Assembly: GCA_041659405.1 (NCBI GenBank)
Contig: JBAZYK010000006.1
Span: 30,001-62,000 of the forward strand
Reading direction: 5' to 3'
DNA: 32,000 bases
Origin: Candidatus Altimarinota bacterium
GTDB taxonomy: Bacteria > Patescibacteriota > Gracilibacteria > UBA1369
Position 1 is the first letter of the stretch; each line of letters opens with the position of its first letter. The translations under genes were made by a program, and so were the position numbers. Below the pieces are notes generated by a model. It saw only the letters and a list, made by a program, of their open reading frames with translations, did not search any database and was not told the DNA's origin. Shown in pieces: positions 26,621 to 32,000 of this stretch.

Positions 26621-27928
26621 ATGGACTTCACCACAATCGCCCTTCCACTCCTGACCAGCATTGCTGTTGGCGCCCTAATCGGCCTGGAACGCGAAAAAAA
26701 CAAGCAGAATAACAAAGGAATCAGTTCCATTGGCATCCGGACCGATATTTTGATCAGTCTTTTTGGAGCGATCGCGGCTTTACTCGGCAAAACAATCAGT
26801 CCTATTCTTTTTTTGATTTGTTTGGGAGCACTCCTGCTTTTAACAATCGCCTCCTACATTTATATTTCCATAAAATTCAACAAAGTTGGTTTCACCACAG
26901 AAATAAGCACAATTCTGGTATTTCTTTTAGGCGCGATGGCCATGAGCGGATACGCGCAATTAGCCCTTATTTTAGCCATAATTATCACTTTGGTCCTGTC
27001 GCTCCGCGAAATTCTGCATAAAGCCATTTATAACATCAGCTACCTTGAACTTTACGACACCATCAAATTTGCAATTATCGCTTTTATTATTTTGCCGTTT
27101 TTACCAAACCAAAATTTTGATGATCAGCTTTTCAAGATGATTTGGCCAAATCTACAAATTCCTACAAACTTCAATCAGGTCCAGATATTAAATCCCTACA
27201 ACATCTGGTTTTTGGTGGTGCTGGTATCCGGAATCAGTTTTTTGGGTTACATCCTTTCAAAAGTCATCGGCAAAACCAAAGGCATCAGTATTTCCGGTTT
27301 GATTGGTGGACTTTATTCCAGCACAGCCACTTCGCTTTCTTTAGCCCGCAAAAGCAGACAATACCCCTCCATTACAACACCTTTTGTCACAGGAATCGTT
27401 TTAGCCTGCGGCATCAGTTTTATTAGAACTTTTATTGAGCTCCGCGCGCTAAATGAAGAACTTTTTATGCGCACATTGGTCCCAATATCTTTGATGTTTG
27501 CCTATTTGATGATTGTTGGACTTTTTCTTTTATTCAGACAAAAACCGGACAAAATCACCCACACTGCCAATTTTAAGACTCCTTTTGAACTGACCGAAGC
27601 CCTTAAACTTGGAGGATTGATTGTTGGAGCACTGCTCATTGCCAAAATTCTTTTGACCTTTTTGGGGCTGGAATATTACTACATTATTGCCGGCGCAATG
27701 GCCCTGTTTGCGATTGATGACCCGATTACCATTTCCACCGCAGCCCATGCCGGAAAACTGATTGATATGACCAATGCCAAAAATATTATTTTGATGGTTC
27801 TCTTTTTAAACATGGTTCAAAAAGTAATCATGATCCATTTTATCGGCAACAAAAAACTCACCAGACAAATGGTGATCATATACGGAGGACTTTTCCTTGT
27901 AAGTTTAGCGGGATTCCTTTATTTTTAA
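26621..27928 (+). CDS. MgtC/SapB-like + DUF4010-like integral membrane protein
   Basis: 435 aa, many TM segments; GALIGLEREKNKQ...GIRTDILISLFGAIAALLGK; GLYSSTATSLSLARKSRQ. Confidence 0.85.
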   Translation: MDFTTIALPLLTSIAVGALIGLEREKNKQNNKGISSIGIRTDILISLFGAIAALLGKTISPILFLICLGALLLLTIASYIYISIKFNKVGFTTEISTILVFLLGAMAMSGYAQLALILAIIITLVLSLREILHKAIYNISYLELYDTIKFAIIAFIILPFLPNQNFDDQLFKMIWPNLQIPTNFNQVQILNPYNIWFLVVLVSGISFLGYILSKVIGKTKGISISGLIGGLYSSTATSLSLARKSRQYPSITTPFVTGIVLACGISFIRTFIELRALNEELFMRTLVPISLMFAYLMIVGLFLLFRQKPDKITHTANFKTPFELTEALKLGGLIVGALLIAKILLTFLGLEYYYIIAGAMALFAIDDPITISTAAHAGKLIDMTNAKNIILMVLFLNMVQKVIMIHFIGNKKLTRQMVIIYGGLFLVSLAGFLYF

Positions 27929-27930
27929 CC

Positions 27931-27999
27931 AGAGCGAGCAACGCGAGCTCCGCGCCCACCCTCAAGTGGGCATAGCAACAAACCGTCCCGCAAGCGGGA
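27931..27999 (+). repeat. Structured multi-hairpin repeat family D, copy 1
   Basis: gagcgagcaacgcgagctccgcGCCCACcctcaaGTGGGCatagcaacaaaccGTCCCGCaaGCGGGAC; shared with 31286-31357. Confidence 0.85.
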
Positions 28000-28039
28000 C
28001 ACTTCTTGAAATAAAAATAAAATCCGTAATAATTTTTAA

Positions 28040-28972
28040 TTGACAAAAGTGCCCCTTTTCGGTTTCCTCAAAAAGAAAAAGAAGTCCGGAACTTCCAGCA
28101 GGATTGCCCAGTTTCAGTCTCCTTATTTAAGAAAACAATTATTACCGGATCGTGTCCTTAAAAGAAGCAAAAAAAGGCATTCCATTCTTATTCCGCCTGC
28201 CCGCCTTAAAGCACCAAAAAGCGGGAAAAGCAAAAAATGGCTGTTGATTTTACTGACAATTTTTATACTTGGCGGCGGAACTTATTTAATCACCACCACT
28301 CATTTTTTTGATCTGCAAAACTGGCAAGTTTCAAGCGATGGCACGCTTGTGGATGATTCCGACCCGATATATCAAATTTTGGCTGCCGAAAAAGGCAAAA
28401 ACATCCTCTTTCTTGATGAAAACAAAATCATTAGCGACATTAAAAACATTCATCCGGACATTGCAAAAATTCAAATTAGCAAAATTTTCCCCAAAAAAAT
28501 CAAGGTTGAATTTGAAAAATATCCAATTGCTGCTAACATCATAAATGTTGTAGGCAAAATCCAAAAGAAACTGCTGGTTGATAGTATAGGTCTAATTGTT
28601 GATCAGAATAACGAAAACCCTGATCTTCCATATATAAGAATCACCTCGTCGGAAGCGCTTAATCTTAACGATACAGCCATTCCCGAAGATAAACTGGCCT
28701 ACATTCTGCAGGCGATCAAATTCTTTCAATCAAAATTTGGGATGAAAGTAATAGATTGCGATTACATGCTCATAGAGCGCGAAATCCGCATAAGAACCGA
28801 AAAATTCTTCTACGTCTGGATCGACATCACCAAAGATTTAAATCTACAACTGGAAAAACTAAAAAAAGTTCAAGGAAAACTGGACATCTACAACACCCCG
28901 CTTGAATACATCGACCTAAGAATATCGGGAACAGACAACGAAAAAGTAATCTTCAAACCCCGCAGTAAATAA
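28040..28972 (+). CDS. ftsQ: FtsQ-like cell division protein (POTRA/FtsQ-type)
   Basis: 310 aa; basic N-terminus, single TM WLLILLTIFILGGGTYLI, then IYQILAAEKGKNILFLDENKIISDIKNIHPDIAKIQISKIFPKKIKVEFEKYPIAA (POTRA-like); next to Sbp gene. Confidence 0.75.
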   Translation: MTKVPLFGFLKKKKKSGTSSRIAQFQSPYLRKQLLPDRVLKRSKKRHSILIPPARLKAPKSGKSKKWLLILLTIFILGGGTYLITTTHFFDLQNWQVSSDGTLVDDSDPIYQILAAEKGKNILFLDENKIISDIKNIHPDIAKIQISKIFPKKIKVEFEKYPIAANIINVVGKIQKKLLVDSIGLIVDQNNENPDLPYIRITSSEALNLNDTAIPEDKLAYILQAIKFFQSKFGMKVIDCDYMLIEREIRIRTEKFFYVWIDITKDLNLQLEKLKKVQGKLDIYNTPLEYIDLRISGTDNEKVIFKPRSK

Positions 28973-29000
28973 ACTAAAAAAATAACAATTATAAGCGTAT

Positions 29001-29118
29001 ATTCAGATTGTAAGAATATTTCTGAACACATCCGGGGTAGGGGCCCTGTGTGTGAAGGAATATTGTTACAATCTGAATACTCCCGAACACATCCGGGGTA
29101 GGGGCCCTGTGTATTCAG
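29001..29118 (+). repeat. Two copies of a 28-bp GC-rich repeat (29024-29051, 29085-29112) enclosed by overlapping inverted repeats
   Basis: gaacacatccggggtaggggccctgtgt twice, identical; IR 29001-29020/29059-29078 (19/20) and IR CTGAATAC 29073-29080/GTATTCAG 29111-29118. Confidence 0.9.
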
Positions 29119-29162
29119 GGAAATTCTCAAAATCCTGAACAATTATTAATCATCAACCTATG

Positions 29163-29519
29163 ATTTGGGCAATCCTCGGCATCGTAATCGGAATCTTAAT
29201 GGGACTAAGCATTAATTTGCCCATTCCTTTGGAATTAACCAAATATTCCGCGGTTATCATTATGGGTATTCTGGATGCCCTTTTTGGGGCAATTCGCGCC
29301 GAAATAACCCATGATAAATTTGATGCCGTCATCTTTATAACCGGTCTTTTCTTCAACATTATCCTTTCTATAGCCATTACGCTGCTTGGTGACAAATTGG
29401 GCCTTGATCTTTATCTGGCCGCTACTTTTGTCTTTACCTTCCGTATTTTCTCGAATGTTGGTACTACACGCCGTGCAATGCTCCAAACCATGATCGAAAA
29501 TAAGGAAAATAAAACTTAA
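29163..29519 (+). CDS. sbp: Small basic protein Sbp (DUF1290 family)
   Basis: MIWAILGIVIGILMGLSINLPIPLELTKYSAVIIMGILDALFGAIRAEI...NIILSIAITLLGDKLGLDLYLAATFVFTFRIFSNVGTTRR; downstream of ftsQ-like gene, as Sbp is in other genomes. Confidence 0.85.
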   Translation: MWAILGIVIGILMGLSINLPIPLELTKYSAVIIMGILDALFGAIRAEITHDKFDAVIFITGLFFNIILSIAITLLGDKLGLDLYLAATFVFTFRIFSNVGTTRRAMLQTMIENKENKT

Positions 29520-29555
29520 AATCGGCAGTTTCAACCCCAAAACGACCTAAAGTCA

Positions 29556-29584
29556 TTGAAAAAATGTAAATTTTTTGCTATAAT
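29556..29584 (+). promoter_or_regulatory. Promoter for ORF 29622..30191
   Basis: TTGAAA, 17-bp spacer, TATAAT (29579-29584), 38 bp before ATG 29622. Confidence 0.65.
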
Positions 29585-29621
29585 TAGTAAACATAAAAAT
29601 AAATTTTAAACAAACAACAAA

Positions 29622-30191
29622 ATGTCGAACGCCTCCAAAATAGCTCTGTTAAAAGAAATGCTGGATTCTGCAGAGTCAAATCTCCGTTCAGCAAAACAAA
29701 TTCTTGCTGAAATGACAACTTCAAATGGCAAGAGCCAATATGCTTCCATGGCTGAAAAAATCGGCAGCATGAGTTCGGAAGAACGTCATGTAATTGAAGG
29801 TATTTTTGATGGCCAGAATATGATTGGTCCGGATAAAAAAACTTATTCCGTTCCGGCAAACTACGCGAGCAAATCCAAACTTATTCCAGGTGACGTTTTG
29901 AAATTAACCATTATGGACGATGGTTCTTTTGTTTATAAGCAAATCGGCCCGGTTGATCGTAAGAAAATTGTTGGAACATTAACTTATGAAGATGGCCAAT
30001 ATCGTGTGATCGCCCAGAGCAAAGTATATAAAGTGCTCTTGGCTTCTGTAACTTATTTTAAGGCTGAAGTCGGCGATAAAGTTACGTTGGTTGTTCCGGA
30101 ATTGGAAGACAGCGATTGGGGCGCCCTTGAAAATGTTCTCCCAAAAAGTGATGAACTAAGTGATAAAGATTACGACGATTTGGGAATTTAA
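29622..30191 (+). CDS. Conserved hypothetical protein, 189 aa, possibly with a GreA/GreB-like C-terminal region (weak)
   Basis: Intact ORF; helical N-terminus, beta-rich C-terminus ending FKAEVGDKVTLVVPE. Confidence 0.6.
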   Translation: MSNASKIALLKEMLDSAESNLRSAKQILAEMTTSNGKSQYASMAEKIGSMSSEERHVIEGIFDGQNMIGPDKKTYSVPANYASKSKLIPGDVLKLTIMDDGSFVYKQIGPVDRKKIVGTLTYEDGQYRVIAQSKVYKVLLASVTYFKAEVGDKVTLVVPELEDSDWGALENVLPKSDELSDKDYDDLGI

Positions 30192-30242
30192 ATACAGTAA
30201 AAAACAAACAACAAGCAAAAAAAAACTAAAAACAACACAAAT

Positions 30243-31286
30243 ATGGCTCAACTTGATAAAATTTTCAGAACAGCGCTTCAATATAAAGCTTCCGATGTCT
30301 ACATTTCCACCGGATCTAAGCCAATTCTGCGCATTAACGGCGATTTGATCCTGATCGATGAACACCCGGTTTTCACCAAGAAAATGGCCGAGGAGTTTCT
30401 TTTGGAAATCATGACGGAAGATCAAAAGAAAGCTTTTGCCGCCAGTCTTGATTTGGATTTTTCGGTTGATGTTGAAAACATTGCCCGCTTCCGCGTAAAC
30501 ATGTTCGTTCAAAGAAAAGGTATGGCGGGAGTTTTTCGTTTGATTCCGGAAGTAGTTTACAGCCTTGATGAACTTGGCCTACCGGAGCAATTAAAGAGAA
30601 TTCCGGGATTTAAAAATGGCTTGGTGATTGTAACCGGACCAACCGGCTCGGGTAAATCGACCACCATGGCCGCAATTTTGAATGAAATTAACATTAGCGA
30701 TGCCCAACATATTATTACAATTGAAGATCCAATTGAATTTGTTCACCAAAATAAAAAATCCATTTTTGAACAACGTGAAGTTAAAAGTCACACCAAAAGC
30801 TTTGGTAGCGCCTTAAAATCAGCTCTGCGTGAAGATCCGGATGTGGTTTATATTGGTGAAATGCGTGATCTGGAAACAATTGCCCTGGCAATTACCGCAG
30901 CAGAAACAGGACAACTCGTTTTAGCAACTTTGCATACAAGCGGTGCCGCCAAATCGGTTGATCGTATTATTGATGCTTTCCCATTTGAACAGCAAAACCA
31001 AGTGCGCGCCCAACTTTCCGAAAGTTTACGCGCCGTAATCTGGCAAAATCTTTTAAAAACCAAGGACGGGAAAGGCCGTATTGCAGCCATGGAAATGATG
31101 TTCAACAACAACGCCATTGCCAACATGATCCGCAAAGCTAAAACTCATCAGATTGATTCAGCGATTGAAACAGGCTTTAAAGAAGGCATGCAAACCATGA
31201 AGAAATCAGTCACGGATTTATTGGAAGCTGATTTAATCAGTGAAGACGAAGCTCTGGCTAGCATTCCAGCGGAGTTGGAGGCTTAA
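30243..31286 (+). CDS. pilT: Type IV pilus twitching motility ATPase PilT
   Basis: 347 aa; ASDVYISTGSKPILRING, GLVIVTGPTGSGKSTTMAAI, HIITIEDPIEFVH, REDPDVVYIGEMRDLETIALAITAAETGQLVLATLHT. Confidence 0.95.
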   Translation: MAQLDKIFRTALQYKASDVYISTGSKPILRINGDLILIDEHPVFTKKMAEEFLLEIMTEDQKKAFAASLDLDFSVDVENIARFRVNMFVQRKGMAGVFRLIPEVVYSLDELGLPEQLKRIPGFKNGLVIVTGPTGSGKSTTMAAILNEINISDAQHIITIEDPIEFVHQNKKSIFEQREVKSHTKSFGSALKSALREDPDVVYIGEMRDLETIALAITAAETGQLVLATLHTSGAAKSVDRIIDAFPFEQQNQVRAQLSESLRAVIWQNLLKTKDGKGRIAAMEMMFNNNAIANMIRKAKTHQIDSAIETGFKEGMQTMKKSVTDLLEADLISEDEALASIPAELEA

Positions 31287-31357
31287 GCAAGCCAAAGGCT
31301 TGCTCCGCGCCCCGCCTTGGCGGGGCATAGCAACAAAACCGTCCCGCCAAGCGGGAC
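31286..31357 (+). repeat. Structured multi-hairpin repeat family D, copy 2
   Basis: AGCAAGCCaaaGGCTTGCTccgcGCCCCGCCttGGCGGGGCatagcaacaaaaccGTCCCGCcaaGCGGGAC. Confidence 0.85.
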
Positions 31358-31360
31358 TCC

Positions 31361-32000
31361 TTATCCTTTCTTCAGTAAAAGGTTAAATTTCAAATACTCC
31401 CCTTCCGGAAAATTGATTCGTAGTGGATGATCCGCGGGTTGAGTTTTGCTTTCCAGTAAAACCAAATCGGCATTAGCCTGCATGGCCGCTTTAAAAATTA
31501 TCGTCCTAAAAAGCGCCTGATCCACATGTGAAGAACATGAAGCTGTAGCCAAAATTCCACCGGGTTTTAAAACTTTCAAAGCCATTCTATTTAAGCGGAC
31601 ATAGCCATTAACCGCATTGGGCAGGTTTTCCCGACTTTTCACAAACGCCGGCGGATCCACAATCACCAAATCAAATTGCCGTTTTTCCGCAGAAGCTTTA
31701 TCCAAAAACGCAAAAACATCTTCGGCCACAAATTCATGTTGAGAACCGGAATCAGCACCTGTCCCAGCATTTTTTCCACTTTCATTATCAGCATCTTTGC
31801 CATTTTCAAACTCATTGAGTTTAAAATTTTTCCGGGCCAATTCCAAAGCATGTTTATCAACATCAACACTTATGGTTGAAATCGCTCCTCCAGAAGCAGC
31901 AGCAAGCGAAAATCCTCCACTGTAACTAAAAAGATTCAAAACCGATTTACCTTTAGAACAATCCGCCACCGCCTGCCGATTTTCGCGCTGATCAAGGAAA
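31361..32000 (-). CDS. Class I SAM-dependent methyltransferase, RlmI/RlmK-like 23S rRNA methyltransferase (5' truncated by window)
   Basis: FLDQRENRQAVADCSKGKSVLNLFSYSGGFSLAAASGG, FDLVIVDPPAFVKSR, GGILATASCSSHV; the reading frame continues past the ORF-track start to the window edge. Confidence 0.88.
   Translation of the reverse strand, partial: FLDQRENRQAVADCSKGKSVLNLFSYSGGFSLAAASGGAISTISVDVDKHALELARKNFKLNEFENGKDADNESGKNAGTGADSGSQHEFVAEDVFAFLDKASAEKRQFDLVIVDPPAFVKSRENLPNAVNGYVRLNRMALKVLKPGGILATASCSSHVDQALFRTIIFKAAMQANADLVLLESKTQPADHPLRINFPEGEYLKFNLLLKKG

Noticed and set aside
29024-29112. Two identical 28-bp direct repeats separated by 33 bp, resembling a minimal CRISPR array
   Set aside because: Only two repeats. 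The 'spacer' contains the complement of sequence flanking the first repeat, making it part of a hairpin, and no cas genes are nearby.
28888-29142. 84-aa minus-strand ORF containing repeated GP-P-R/GC-V peptides
   Set aside because: The repetition is the translation of the 28-bp intergenic repeat and the ORF overlaps ftsQ; almost certainly non-coding.
1-32000. Alternative genetic code (UGA = Gly) as in Gracilibacteria
   Set aside because: Conserved ORFs are intact under the standard code and at least hflX ends at a UGA at the expected C-terminus; no internal UGA is needed.

Overview
The window is gene-dense and bacterial, using the standard code (no sign of in-frame UGA reassignment). The small genome style, archaeal-type PEP carboxylase and Sbp/FtsQ pair are compatible with a Peregrinibacteria/CPR-like lineage, but this is only a weak inference.

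Recognisable genes: hflX, a class I fructose-bisphosphate aldolase, a large secreted and anchored surface protein, an RluF/RsuA-type pseudouridine synthase, a Dus-family tRNA-dihydrouridine synthase, typA/bipA, a membrane-anchored peptidoglycan-binding-domain protein, archaeal-type PEPC (ppcA), a lipoprotein, a Fic protein with an N-terminal inhibitory motif, an MscS channel, a fumarase/aspartase-superfamily lyase, an MgtC/SapB + DUF4010-like membrane protein, FtsQ-like, Sbp (DUF1290), pilT, and an RlmI-type methyltransferase truncated by the window edge. Several large ORFs (273, 705 and 1047 aa) have no family I can recognise.

No transposase, cas genes or clear defence island is visible. The most unusual content is intergenic, in several unrelated families of short structured repeats: (1) a ~103-bp direct repeat flanking the 705-aa ORF, with a third partial inverted copy near 1.1 kb; (2) a 140-bp element with perfect 28-bp terminal inverted repeats just upstream of dus, which creates a probably false N-terminal extension; (3) a ~70-bp multi-hairpin element directly after both the mgtC-like gene and pilT, with stem sequences that differ but still pair; (4) a 28-bp GC-rich repeat present twice between ftsQ and sbp, enclosed by two overlapping, mutually exclusive stems; (5) a CCaatagggttggta motif in three copies within 2 kb, one inside a 72-nt tRNA/tmRNA-like fold with encoded CCA.
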